Part shown: in pieces, positions 27,714-37,187 of the stretch | Position numbering within the stretch: position 1 is the first letter of the stretch | Layout: each line of letters starts with the position of its first letter | Assembly: GCA_965208835.1 (NCBI GenBank) | Contig: OZ242358.1 | Span: forward strand, 3,168,001-3,232,000 | Direction: 5' to 3' | Length of the DNA stretch: 64,000 bases | DNA from: Candidatus Latescibacterota bacterium | GTDB taxonomy: Bacteria > Latescibacterota > UBA2968 > GCA-2709665 | The notes under the pieces: model-generated | What the model saw: the letters and a program-made list of their open reading frames with translations, nothing else | What the model was told of the DNA's origin: nothing | Database searches by the model: none | Translations under genes and position numbers: made by a program

Positions 27714-30700
27714 TCAGAACAGAGAGAGTTGATCGGCCGTCCGGACCCGCCGTTCCGGGGACAGGCGCTCGCGTTCCAGAAGTTCCGCGGGAATATTCTC
27801 CAAAAATCGGGACGGCTCCGGACGGGTCCGCTCCCCGAAACGCGTCCTGCTCCTCGCACAAAGCATGACGGCCTCATCCATTGCCCGCGTCAATCCCACG
27901 AACAACAGCCGCTGCTCTTCCTGCACGTCCCCGTTTGCGTGCGGAATCAGGCCCTCCTCCACGCCGCAGATGAACACAACGGGAAACTCCAGCCCCTTGG
28001 ACGCGTGCAGGGTTGACAGCGTTACCGCTTCCGCACGCGGCCGCGCGACACCACCGATGCGCACGTAATCGGCATCGGCGCCCAGTACCAGCGTATCGAG
28101 GAACGTACGGACGGTATCGAAATTGACTGCCATCCGGGCAAGGCGTGCGAGATCCTCATCCTCTTCCACCCCGGCGACGTCCTGCCACGTCCTCACCAGC
28201 GACTCGACGGATTCCGTTTCCGCCATTTTTCTGAATGCCCCGGAGGCATCCTCCAGTGCCGAGACTTTATCGCGAATCTGCTGCGGAAATTTGCCCGCCG
28301 ACAGGTCGCCACCCGCGCGCCGGAGCCGATTCAGCGCTGTGTTTCCGGGATAGAAGATTGGAACCGCCAGCGCGCGCAGCAGTCGAAGATGCCCCGCCGA
28401 CCGGAACGCGTAATTGAAAAAGGAGATCGCGTGCCGCACGTTCCCTGCTGAAAGAAAGCCCTTCTGGCCGACCACCCGGTACGGCAATCCCTCTTCGATA
28501 AAACAACGCTCAATCGCCTCCGCCTGCCGTCCGGTCCTGAACAAGACGGCAAAATCCGACAGGCTCCGGTCGCCTCCCCCTCCCACCGACTGTCGACCGC
28601 CGACCTCGCCCGCCTGAAGCATATCCGCGCCGCCCATCATCCGGCTGATCTCACGGACCACCGCGATACCCTCCGCCGTCTCACCCGACACGGAAAGCAG
28701 CCGAGGCGCTACACCCGCCCCCCGGACGGCGTTCAACTGACGACCCGCCCCGATCACGGAGACGGCCGCTCCGGCGACCTGGCGCGTGGAGCGATACGTC
28801 CGCTCCAGCACGAACGTCTTCGCATTCGGCAGATCTTCCCTGAGCTTGTGAAAATACGCCGGACTCGCCCCGCGAAATCCATAGATGGCCTGGTCCGGAT
28901 CGCCGATCACGAACAGGCCGGTACCGTCGCGGGAAAGCGCGGTCACCAGTTGGTACTGCACCGCATTCACGTCCTGAAACTCGTCCACGAGTACGTGCGC
29001 AAACCGGTTCCGGACTCGCTCGGACGCCGCGTCGGCTTTTCGCAGCGTCGACAGGAATTCCAGGAGAATGTCGTCGTAGTCCCACACCCCCAGTTGACGC
29101 AGCCGGTCCTGGTACGCTTCCCGGACGCCGCGCAATGCCTCCGGCACCTCCGCATCGAGGTTTGTCTTCGCAAATGAGACCGCCGACCGTACGTCCCGCA
29201 CGGACATGCTGACTTCAGTATCCGCGATGACCTCGGCCAGCAGTTGTGTCGCTTCCACCTCGTCGATGACCTGAGGCATCTCCCCGGAAGTGCAGGTCTT
29301 CATCAGATTCAGCGCCACGGCGTGAAACGTGCCCAGGGTCAGCCCGTCCAGTGTCCCTGCGTCTGATAACAGTGCGTGAACGCGTTCCCTCATTTCCGCC
29401 GCGGCCTTATTCGTAAACGTGACCGCCAAGATATTCTCCGGCGGGACCTCTGCCTCCCCGATCAGCCGCGCCAACCGGTGGGTCAACACCCGCGTCTTTC
29501 CCGTGCCCGGACCGGCCACCACTATGGCAGGCCCGCTATCCCATTCAACGGCCTCCCTTTGCACGTCGTCCAATCCGCCGTCGCCCGCGACGTCCGCGAC
29601 CGCCGGCGCTTCTCCGCTTCCGCCGGATGTTCCCTCGCGCGCTGACGCCGCCTCGAACGTTGACGGCTGCGGCGCCGTTTCCGGTATTTCCGGCAAGTCG
29701 AACAGCGCGGGCTGCCGGCTCAAACGGGCGCGGTCCTCCGCGGAGAACACCTGGATCCTTCCGTATACGCCGTCGTACCCCGCCGCGATCTCAACCTCTC
29801 CGGTGCGCATTCGACGCACGCCCTCCGCCACGAGCGCCTCGCCGCATCCGGCAATCGCCTCGGGGGACACGTCCCTCAAGATGGCCAGTTCGGGGCCCAA
29901 TTCCGCCAGCATCTTTTCGTAAACCGCCTGGACCCGCTTGCTGGTTGGCCCCACCCCGAGGACAGAACCGATGACTTCCGGCAACGGAATCAGATTCTCA
30001 TACGGCGGGGCCACGGCCGGCCTGCCCCCCTCCTCCCTGTCGGCCAACTGCTCGACGCGGTGCAGAACGCCGACCGTCAACCGCTTTCCGCATTCCGGGC
30101 AAAGGCAGTCCGCGGCAATCGTCCGGCCCGGTTCCCAGCAGATTCCGCATTTCCGATGTCCATCGAGGTGATACTTCCCTTCTTCGGGATAGAATTCCAG
30201 CGTCCCAAGAAACCGTTCTGGGGCTCTCGACTTCAGCGCCTCGTATATGCCCCTGTACGACAGTTCGGTATCGAAACAGGTGGCCTCCCGCGCCAGTTTC
30301 GACGGGGAATGCGCATCCGAATTGGAAACGATCGCATACCTGTCCAGCATGGACAGGCGCCAGTTCATCGGCGGATCGGACGAGAGACCCGTCTCGACGG
30401 CGAAAATCGAGGGCAGCATGTCTTCGAAACACTCTTCGAGCGTATCGAACCCGGAACTCGCACCCAGCACGGCGAAATGCGGCGTCCATATATGCGCAGG
30501 GATGAACAGCACGTCATCGGCGGCTTCGAGGCAAATCTCCACGAGGTCCCTGCTGTCCAGCCCCAGAATGGGCCGCCCGTCCGATTTCAGATTTCCGATG
30601 TCCCCTAAACGGGCGTTCAACCGCTCCACCGCTTCGAAACCCGGCATCAGAACGACGTGGTGCACCTTGCGCGTCTTATCGTTCTTCTTATAGATCAAAC

Positions 30701-30983
30701 TGATTTCGGTGGACAGCACGAAGCGCACCGTTCCCCGGCATCGTTCCGGCAGCTCCTCATCTACGGCGGCCCGTAGCGCCGGCTTCAGACGAAACAGCCC
30801 CTCCTCCGCGGGCTCCAGGCGGTCCTTCAATTCCTCGATCCACTCGGGATGGGTGAAGTCGCCCGTCCCCACCACGTTTACGCCCTTGAGCGCGGACCAT
30901 TTGTAGAGGTTATCGGGGTTCAACTGACGGCTTGTCGCCCTGGAAAACCGGGAGTGCAGATGTACGTCCGCCACAAAACGCAT
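27714..30983 (-). CDS. Endonuclease Q (PHP domain + Zn ribbon) fused to a UvrD/PcrA SF1 helicase
   Basis: N-half: DVHLHSRFSRATS, GTGDFTHP, PAHIWTP, ETGLSSD, SNSDAHS, EEGKYH-DGHRKC...CPEC. C-half: AGPGTGKT, DEFQD, IGDPDQAIYGFRGA, TLHASKGLEF, VGLTRA. C-terminus QLSLF. Confidence 0.9.
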   Translation of the reverse strand: MRFVADVHLHSRFSRATSRQLNPDNLYKWSALKGVNVVGTGDFTHPEWIEELKDRLEPAEEGLFRLKPALRAAVDEELPERCRGTVRFVLSTEISLIYKKNDKTRKVHHVVLMPGFEAVERLNARLGDIGNLKSDGRPILGLDSRDLVEICLEAADDVLFIPAHIWTPHFAVLGASSGFDTLEECFEDMLPSIFAVETGLSSDPPMNWRLSMLDRYAIVSNSDAHSPSKLAREATCFDTELSYRGIYEALKSRAPERFLGTLEFYPEEGKYHLDGHRKCGICWEPGRTIAADCLCPECGKRLTVGVLHRVEQLADREEGGRPAVAPPYENLIPLPEVIGSVLGVGPTSKRVQAVYEKMLAELGPELAILRDVSPEAIAGCGEALVAEGVRRMRTGEVEIAAGYDGVYGRIQVFSAEDRARLSRQPALFDLPEIPETAPQPSTFEAASAREGTSGGSGEAPAVADVAGDGGLDDVQREAVEWDSGPAIVVAGPGTGKTRVLTHRLARLIGEAEVPPENILAVTFTNKAAAEMRERVHALLSDAGTLDGLTLGTFHAVALNLMKTCTSGEMPQVIDEVEATQLLAEVIADTEVSMSVRDVRSAVSFAKTNLDAEVPEALRGVREAYQDRLRQLGVWDYDDILLEFLSTLRKADAASERVRNRFAHVLVDEFQDVNAVQYQLVTALSRDGTGLFVIGDPDQAIYGFRGASPAYFHKLREDLPNAKTFVLERTYRSTRQVAGAAVSVIGAGRQLNAVRGAGVAPRLLSVSGETAEGIAVVREISRMMGGADMLQAGEVGGRQSVGGGGDRSLSDFAVLFRTGRQAEAIERCFIEEGLPYRVVGQKGFLSAGNVRHAISFFNYAFRSAGHLRLLRALAVPIFYPGNTALNRLRRAGGDLSAGKFPQQIRDKVSALEDASGAFRKMAETESVESLVRTWQDVAGVEEDEDLARLARMAVNFDTVRTFLDTLVLGADADYVRIGGVARPRAEAVTLSTLHASKGLEFPVVFICGVEEGLIPHANGDVQEEQRLLFVGLTRAMDEAVMLCARSRTRFGERTRPEPSRFLENIPAELLERERLSPERRVRTADQLSLF

Positions 30984-31005
30984 CGCGTTCTCTCTAACCT
31001 CAGTA

Positions 31006-31049
31006 ATTCACAAACACAAACTTACATGGATGGACAGGATGAGCAGGAT
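31006..31049 (+). repeat. Short dispersed repeat family C (core CTTACATGGATGGACAGGATG), copy 1
   Basis: Same motif inverted at 35830-35853 and a variant at 53546-53582. Confidence 0.65.
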
Positions 31050-31113
31050 AAAGACCCTATGGACCTGAATCCGCGGCAGCTGCGAGCGTGCGGCGCGGCA
31101 TTTGCGCATATTT

Positions 31114-31710
31114 TCAGGTTTCCATCTGGCGGCGGTCTGCGACTGCTTCATATTTGTCACGTCCGGACGACACACACTGGAAGACCTGATAACCCGCAAT
31201 CTCAACCCACATATATGTTCTGTGGCAGATGCCGCAGACCTTCAGCGCGTGCGGTTCCGGACTCTTCCCGAAACGGTAATCAAGATCGTCATAGCCGCGA
31301 CGGAGCTGCGCAATGTCATCGTGCGTATATTGCTTTGAAAGCCGTGCGAATACCGCCGGCGGCAGGTCGGCCACCGCCTTCCTGAGTTTCCTTGGATCGA
31401 CATCCCATGGAAACGACAGTTCGAACCCGCACGCGCACCACCGATCGGACATATCCCAGTCCGACTGAAACCACCACTCGTCATAGATTCGCCGGCAGGC
31501 CTCGCACAGTTCATACGACAACGCGGGATCCATACCCTCTTCGTGGATCAGATCGCCGATCCGCCCGCGCTCCGCGTCCGGTAAGTTCCCGAGCTTTACC
31601 GTTCGCTTATGACAAAAGGCGCACTGGTGGGCGCTCCTCCGGAGAATCACCAACAGCACGAAGGGTCCGACGATTACAACCGCCGCGAAAATCAGACCCA
31701 GGATTAACAT
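31114..31710 (-). CDS. Hypothetical membrane-anchored Cys-rich protein, paralog 2
   Basis: N-terminal hydrophobic helix, then CAFC, CEAC, CAC, CGIC. Aligns by eye with 31792-32388. Confidence 0.72.
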   Translation of the reverse strand: MLILGLIFAAVVIVGPFVLLVILRRSAHQCAFCHKRTVKLGNLPDAERGRIGDLIHEEGMDPALSYELCEACRRIYDEWWFQSDWDMSDRWCACGFELSFPWDVDPRKLRKAVADLPPAVFARLSKQYTHDDIAQLRRGYDDLDYRFGKSPEPHALKVCGICHRTYMWVEIAGYQVFQCVSSGRDKYEAVADRRQMET

Positions 31711-31791
31711 CGCAGTCTACCCTCGGTTTGCATCGAGCCGTGTGCCAACGCACTTCCCGGGAGATCCGTGGACAAGATTCGCTCGCCGATT

Positions 31792-32388
31792 TCAGTTGGC
31801 CCGGTCGTATTTGTCCATACCGCCCGACACGACCTGGAATACCTGAAAACCCTTCACGGGCAACCACATATAGATCCGAAAACAGTTTCTGCACACGAAC
31901 AGGATATGTTCGTCGGACACCGACGAGTACAGCCGCTCGTGCAGCCCTTCTCTCCCGTACGTCCGTTCCATAAACTCCAGGACTTCCGGGCGAATTCCTT
32001 GTAATGCTGTCTTCAGCTTGTTGGTGTCGACAATCAGAGCAGGCCGTGACAGATCGCAGCCACAGGCGCAGGGGCGGTCGAGCAACTCCCATTCCCTGCG
32101 GAAGGGCCGATCGTCGCTGAACCAGCGCCAGTCGTAAATGCGCCTGCAATGCGGACACACCTCGTGCTGCTCCGGCTCCCCGGGCATTCCCTCGTCCCGG
32201 ATAAGGCGCCGCACCTCTTCCGCATCACCTCGCGGCATCAGTCCGACCGGCGTCGTCGATCGCACACACCAGCGGCAGCGGTGCATCTGGTGCTTTATCA
32301 GGTACACAATCAGGACCACAGCACCCATTACGACGATCGCTATGATGGCTATTTCTAACGTGGAAACATCCAAAGTTACGTCCGCCAC
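31792..32388 (-). CDS. Hypothetical membrane-anchored Cys-rich protein, paralog 1
   Basis: N-terminal hydrophobic helix, then CRWC, CPHC, CAC, CRNC. Shares RRIYD, YMW, QVFQ and DKY with its neighbour. Confidence 0.72.
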   Translation of the reverse strand: MADVTLDVSTLEIAIIAIVVMGAVVLIVYLIKHQMHRCRWCVRSTTPVGLMPRGDAEEVRRLIRDEGMPGEPEQHEVCPHCRRIYDWRWFSDDRPFRREWELLDRPCACGCDLSRPALIVDTNKLKTALQGIRPEVLEFMERTYGREGLHERLYSSVSDEHILFVCRNCFRIYMWLPVKGFQVFQVVSGGMDKYDRAN

Positions 32389-32797
32389 TGGAGAATATCC
32401 GGATCACGTGTTCGCGACAGCCGAATCACGGATGCTGAGATCCCGCGGTTGCATGTGCCAGTCGTTTTTTTCTCGCCGGACAGGGGTCTGTTTACTTTCG
32501 TATCAATGTCGAAAGTGTATTTTCCAGTATAGTGTATCCCAAGGCGAAATCCAAGCCTTGCCGTGCCGTTCCATGTGCTCTGAACCGCCGCATTCGGTCA
32601 AATCCGATTGACCGCCGGATTCCATCGTCATATATTCGGGTGACGACGGGTTGGCGATGTGCCGTTGCAGTGAAACCGAGAGGAAACGCAGAATGACGCT
32701 GGACCAGCCGATCCTGAAGCTGCGGCACCATAGGCTGGACGCCAATACGATAACCAGTCCGTTGGAAAACCGGGGAAAAAAAGTGACCACGGAAATT

Positions 32798-32834
32798 TGA
32801 TTTCATTGACTATAATGATATCATTGCGTACATT
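32798..32834 (+). promoter_or_regulatory. Promoter and palindromic operator of the FitAB-like TA operon
   Basis: TTGACT(32806)-N17-TACATT(32829). Palindrome AATGATATCATT at 32814-32825 lies in the spacer, with a related TGATTTCA just upstream. Confidence 0.7.
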
Positions 32835-32853
32835 ATGGGGTGGAGGTGGAAAA

Positions 32854-33096
32854 ATGGCTAGCTTGACGATTCGCAACATAGGTGATGACGTGAAGCAGCG
32901 CCTGCGCATCCAGGCGGCAGAGCACGGCCACTCCATGGAAGAGGAAGCGCGGGTGATTCTGCGCACGGCGCTAAACGAGCACGGACCTCCCGCCAATCTG
33001 TACCGCGCCATACGGGCTCGGTTCGCACCCCTGGGCGGAGTGGAACTGGAAATACCGCCGCGCGACCCCATGCGCGAACCACCCCGACTCGGCTGA
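32854..33096 (+). CDS. FitA-like ribbon-helix-helix antitoxin
   Basis: MASLTIRNIGDDVKQRLRIQAAEHGHSMEEEARVIL...GGVELEIPPR. Confidence 0.9.
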   Translation: MASLTIRNIGDDVKQRLRIQAAEHGHSMEEEARVILRTALNEHGPPANLYRAIRARFAPLGGVELEIPPRDPMREPPRLG

Positions 33097-33105
33097 GTTG
33101 TTGGA

Positions 33106-33525
33106 ATGATCCTTCTCGACACCAACGTCGTTTCGGAATTGATGCGTCCTGAGCCCGATCCTGGAGTGGCGGCGTGGCTTACCGACCAGCCCGCTGCGAA
33201 TGTTTTTCTCTCGGTGATCACCGAGGCCGAACTGCGCTACGGCGTTGCCATTATGCCAGCAGGCCGCCGCCGCGAGCGGGTCGCAGCTGCAGTCGAGCAT
33301 ATGCTCCAGGGAGATTTTGCCCGGCGCATCCTGCCCTTCGACAGCCAGGCAGCACGGCTCTATGCGCAAATCGGCGCCGAGCGCCGGGCCGCCGGTCTCC
33401 CCATCAGCCATGCCGACTGTCAGATGGCCGCCATTGCGCGTTGCCGAGGGGCGGCCATTGCCACCCGAAATGCCGGTCATTTCGAGGGCTGCGGCATCGA
33501 GGTAATCAACCCATGGTCAGCTTGA
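33106..33525 (+). CDS. vapC: VapC/FitB PIN-domain toxin
   Basis: MILLDTNVVSELMR, ITEAEL, ILPFD, DCQMAAIA, ATRN--HF, INPW. Confidence 0.92.
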   Translation: MILLDTNVVSELMRPEPDPGVAAWLTDQPAANVFLSVITEAELRYGVAIMPAGRRRERVAAAVEHMLQGDFARRILPFDSQAARLYAQIGAERRAAGLPISHADCQMAAIARCRGAAIATRNAGHFEGCGIEVINPWSA

Positions 33526-33676
33526 TCGTCCGCCAGTCGCAAATGGGAGAGCCGTCGCTCAGAGCCGAGTGGAAAACGAGACCACGCAAGACCGCCAGAT
33601 CGCGGATGCCCACGAGAAAACATCCAGGCTTGCCTGCTCTTTGCACATCGTCATCTTTGAAGACATTGGGATACTC

Positions 33677-34003
33677 ATGAACAATACATGAATTGACCAA
33701 AGCCCGCTAGACGACATCATCAGGCGCATTGTGGAGGTGGCCGAGCCGGAGAAGGTCATCCTCTTCGGATCCGTCGCGCGGAGCGACATGAACCGCCACA
33801 GCGACGTCGATCTGTTAATCATCAAGGAGGGAGCACATCGGGGAAGCCTGGCGGGGAGGATCTACGAGAATATGCACGGCGCCGGTGTGGCGGTCGATGT
33901 GGTTGTGGTCACCCCCGACGACGTAGAGCGGTATAAGGACAGCCATGCTCTGGTCATCAAGCCCGCGCTGCGTGAAGGAAGGGTTGTGTATGAGTCCTCC
34001 TGA
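33677..34003 (+). CDS. Minimal nucleotidyltransferase (MNT) antitoxin, possibly 5'-damaged
   Basis: ILFGSVARSD...SDVDLL, VDVVV, ALREGRVVYE. The in-frame ATG at 33677 is followed by TGA at 33689; the ORF track starts at GTG 33731. Confidence 0.75.
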
Positions 34004-34175
34004 ACGGTACCCGCCCGATGATCCCCGGGAATGGCTGAACCGTGCCAGGAGTAGTCTGGCAATGGCCCCGAGAACGTGGAGCAAACTACCAGCTTGCTTT
34101 ACCGGATCAAGCGGGCTTGGGCGGCGACGGTGCTGTTCCGTGGCAATTCGCCGCACGCTGGCATCGGACTCTTGA
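33990..34175 (+). pseudogene. Truncated HEPN toxin remnant
   Basis: Coupled to the MNT stop. MSPPERYPPDDPREWLNRARSSLAMA resembles a HEPN N-terminal helix, then the sequence diverges with no HEPN core. Confidence 0.65.
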
Positions 34176-34226
34176 CGATTCGAATTTAATCCTGACAGAT
34201 TGACCGGTTGAGAATCTTACGCTTTC

Positions 34227-35090
34227 ATGTGGCTCTCAAGCAAGATGGGAAACGACTCTATGATCGGATTGCCTCTTCAGCTGTTCGGAACCGCCCTGGC
34301 CTTCGTCGCGACGGTTTCGAGCCTGACATCTGCACAAGAGGGGGGCCCCGATGCGGAATTCGCGCCCTCCAGGAACCGCGCGGCGTCCCTTGCGCGGGGG
34401 GATTTCTATGTTCTGGGCGCCGCCACCCTGGATCTGCGGGCAACGTCGCGGTTTCAGGACAGGAATTGTTCGAGCGAGACTCCGGCGGCGCTCTATGGTT
34501 GCGGAACCGGCGCGGACGGCGACAACCTGAGCGCCTCGGGCGAATTCGCCAGGGCGCCCGGTTTCGAAGTGGGCGCGGGCTACGTTGCGACAACGCGCAT
34601 CCGCGTCGAAGCCACCGTTCAGTACCGCCCCACGTTCTCCTTCAACGGCCGCGCCAACTTTGTGCAGACCTCCGGACGTCAGGACGTCTCGGCCGACATA
34701 TCCTCCCTTTCCGCTCTTGCCAGCATTTATGCAGACCTCCCCGGAAGGGGACCGTTCAGCCCTTTCCTCGGGTGCGGCGTCGGACTGTCGCGGAATACAA
34801 TCGGCGAAACCCAAATGGAGTTCCCCAGGACGACCACGATCGTGCCAGGCGCCAGCGGGACAGGATTTGCGTTCATGTTGGCCGCGGGCGCCGCGGCGCG
34901 GGTTTGGGGAAGGGTATACGTCGACGTGGGTTGGCGGTACCTGGATGCCGGCGCCGTGGAGACCGGGCGCGCCAAGGGGCGAATCGTCTGGCGCGACGGG
35001 AGCCGCCAACCGCTGGAACTCGGTCTGGCGGAGACGAGTGCGAATCTCTCCAGCCACGGGCTTCGGGTTTCGCTGCGGTACGGACTCTGA
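34227..35090 (+). CDS. Outer-membrane beta-barrel protein (opacity/OmpA-membrane-domain-like), paralog 1
   Basis: Signal-like N-terminus, GAGY, RVE, YADL, SPFLGCGVG, FAFMLAAG, VDVGWRYLDAG, terminal LRYGL. Start may be ATG 34260. Confidence 0.75.
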   Translation: MWLSSKMGNDSMIGLPLQLFGTALAFVATVSSLTSAQEGGPDAEFAPSRNRAASLARGDFYVLGAATLDLRATSRFQDRNCSSETPAALYGCGTGADGDNLSASGEFARAPGFEVGAGYVATTRIRVEATVQYRPTFSFNGRANFVQTSGRQDVSADISSLSALASIYADLPGRGPFSPFLGCGVGLSRNTIGETQMEFPRTTTIVPGASGTGFAFMLAAGAAARVWGRVYVDVGWRYLDAGAVETGRAKGRIVWRDGSRQPLELGLAETSANLSSHGLRVSLRYGL

Positions 35091-35135
35091 ACACGCGCAA
35101 TTGGCAGGATGGCCGCTACGGAAAGGAACCGCGGC

Positions 35136-35795
35136 GTGAACCCATTCAGCGTCTATTTCGCGGGTGAACTCTTCGACCACAAGCATCTCATCGGCAACGC
35201 CATTCTGGCTGAGGCCATCGATCGCCATTCGGACTGCCGGTACAACTGCGTCGTACCGCAGCACCTGGAACAAGCCACCGGTCGGGCTGTCGACATCCGG
35301 AATCAGGACCTGAAGCAGGTGATAGCGTGCGACCTGGGCCTGTTCAACTTCGACGGGACGGACCTGGATTCCGGTACGGTGGTGGAGTTCATGGTAGCCA
35401 AGTTCCTGGACATCCCGTCGGTGATTCTGCGCTCCGACTTCCGTTCCGCCGGGGACCAGGACAAGGATGGCGACGCCTGGAACCTGATGTGCTCCTTCTA
35501 CCCTCGGGTCCGCGTGCTCGGGTTCAATGCGATGTCCTGGTACCAGGAAGCGCGGGTCGGCGCTTCCAACGTGACAGATTGTTCTGACCGACTTTACGCC
35601 AGGATTGCCCACGCTGTTATAGAGCAACTGGACGCGGTCCGCGCCGAACCGCCGGTAGCGGAATTCGATGAAGAACGAAAACGCGAGCTGTACGAGTGGG
35701 CGACTCGCTTCCCGGGCGGCGGGCTGGAGCCCTTCTGCGGGCCGGGATTCGTGGACGAGGTGATCGAGTCCAAGCGAAGGAAGGGTTTGCTGTAG
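35136..35795 (+). CDS. Nucleoside 2-deoxyribosyltransferase-like protein
   Basis: VYFAGELF, PQ, DL--V--CD, FDG-DLDSGTVVEF, RSDFR, NLM motifs. Confidence 0.78.
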   Translation: MNPFSVYFAGELFDHKHLIGNAILAEAIDRHSDCRYNCVVPQHLEQATGRAVDIRNQDLKQVIACDLGLFNFDGTDLDSGTVVEFMVAKFLDIPSVILRSDFRSAGDQDKDGDAWNLMCSFYPRVRVLGFNAMSWYQEARVGASNVTDCSDRLYARIAHAVIEQLDAVRAEPPVAEFDEERKRELYEWATRFPGGGLEPFCGPGFVDEVIESKRRKGLL

Positions 35796-35829
35796 AGAAG
35801 CGAACAGTCGGACATCAGGAATACCGCCA

Positions 35830-35853
35830 CATCCTGTCCATCCATGTAAGTTC
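35830..35853 (-). repeat. Short dispersed repeat family C, copy 2
   Basis: Reverse complement is GAACTTACATGGATGGACAGGATG. Confidence 0.65.
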
Positions 35854-35888
35854 ATGTTTTTTGGACTATCCTGACTCAGGAGCTTGAT

Positions 35889-37043
35889 ATGTACGATATA
35901 CGGGGTGGACTTGCCCGACTCCAGTCGAAACGCACCGGCCGGCACTCCTCCTGGGATACGTCCGGGCGAAACAGCGACGCCTGGATCTTCGAGCCAGGTG
36001 AGACCCGGATCCTCGCCGACGTCGAAGGCCCCGCATGCATCACCCATCTCTGGTTTACCCAGGGCAACCACTACCGTGAGTGCCTGCTGAAAATCACCTA
36101 CGACGATGCGAAGGAACCAAGCGTACTGTGTCCCCTAGGCGACTTCTTCGGGCTGGGCCACGGCATCGTCAACTCCTACCAGTCATTGCTCTTCACCGCG
36201 TCGACCAATAGCAACAACCAGTTCGAAACCGGCTGCGCGCTCAACGCGTACGTTCCCATGCCCTTTCGCAAGAGGGCACGGTTCGAACTGGTCAACGAAA
36301 GCGACGAGCCTCACCGGCAGTACTTCTACGTGGACTGGGAGACCTGTCCCGATGGCGTGCCGGCCGACACAGGGTATTTCCACGCTGAATTCCGTCGCGA
36401 AAACCCCTTCGGCGGATGGGGACACGAAATCCGGGTGAACTCGCCGGAAGCGGATATCGTCAATACGGGACGGGAGGCATGGGAAAACAACTACGTGATC
36501 CTGGACGCCGAGGGGCGCGGACACTACATCGGCTGCAATCTCAGCGTCACCAATTTCCAGGGCACCTGGTGGGGCGAGGGCGACGACATGATCTGGGTGG
36601 ACGGGTACAGGTGGCCGCCCAACCTGCATGGCACCGGCAGCGAGGACTATCTGAACCAGGCATGGGGTATGCAACCCAACGCCTTCCTGCGGAATGGCTC
36701 CTCAATCTACGAAGGCGATACCGACGGCTACCAGACCAGCTACGTCCACCACCTGGAGAATCCGGTCCGCTTCGAGCGGGAAATCAGGGTGACCATCGAG
36801 CACGGCCACGGAAACCATCTGTGCAACGAGATTAGCAGCGTGGCCTACTGGTACGGCGACCGCCCCCGCGCCGTGGCGCAGCCGCCTGCCGTGGACCGGC
36901 GCCTGCCGGTTCGGCGCGACAACCGTGGACGTTGGCTGTACGACGCGCGTACTCAGTCGACCTCCCGTACCGTTCCGCTGAATGATGAGATGAAGAGAAA
37001 TAAAGCCGGCTGGAACCGTGGAAAATCCGTGACCGACCCGTAA
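35889..37043 (+). CDS. DUF2961 / glycoside hydrolase family 172 protein
   Basis: SSWD--G-N-D, GPACITHLW, PLGDFFG, PMPF, WWGEGDD, GTGSEDY, IEHGH. CAGGAG RBS. Confidence 0.88.
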   Translation: MYDIRGGLARLQSKRTGRHSSWDTSGRNSDAWIFEPGETRILADVEGPACITHLWFTQGNHYRECLLKITYDDAKEPSVLCPLGDFFGLGHGIVNSYQSLLFTASTNSNNQFETGCALNAYVPMPFRKRARFELVNESDEPHRQYFYVDWETCPDGVPADTGYFHAEFRRENPFGGWGHEIRVNSPEADIVNTGREAWENNYVILDAEGRGHYIGCNLSVTNFQGTWWGEGDDMIWVDGYRWPPNLHGTGSEDYLNQAWGMQPNAFLRNGSSIYEGDTDGYQTSYVHHLENPVRFEREIRVTIEHGHGNHLCNEISSVAYWYGDRPRAVAQPPAVDRRLPVRRDNRGRWLYDARTQSTSRTVPLNDEMKRNKAGWNRGKSVTDP

Positions 37044-37187
37044 CGCAAGGCAGGGTCGGCGCCGGCATGCCGCTGTAACCGGCGCTCAGTCTGCGCTTTT
37101 CGATATTTCCGACACCCTCCAGATTCGCACCGATCGGCCCGGAGGGTCGATCCTTTCCATCGCGCCGCGGTTCGACAGGAGTTTTCC

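Noticed and set aside
32445-32462. Possible sigma54 promoter (TGGCAC) upstream of the Cys-rich genes
   Set aside because: The -12 GC is displaced by one base and TTGC is absent.
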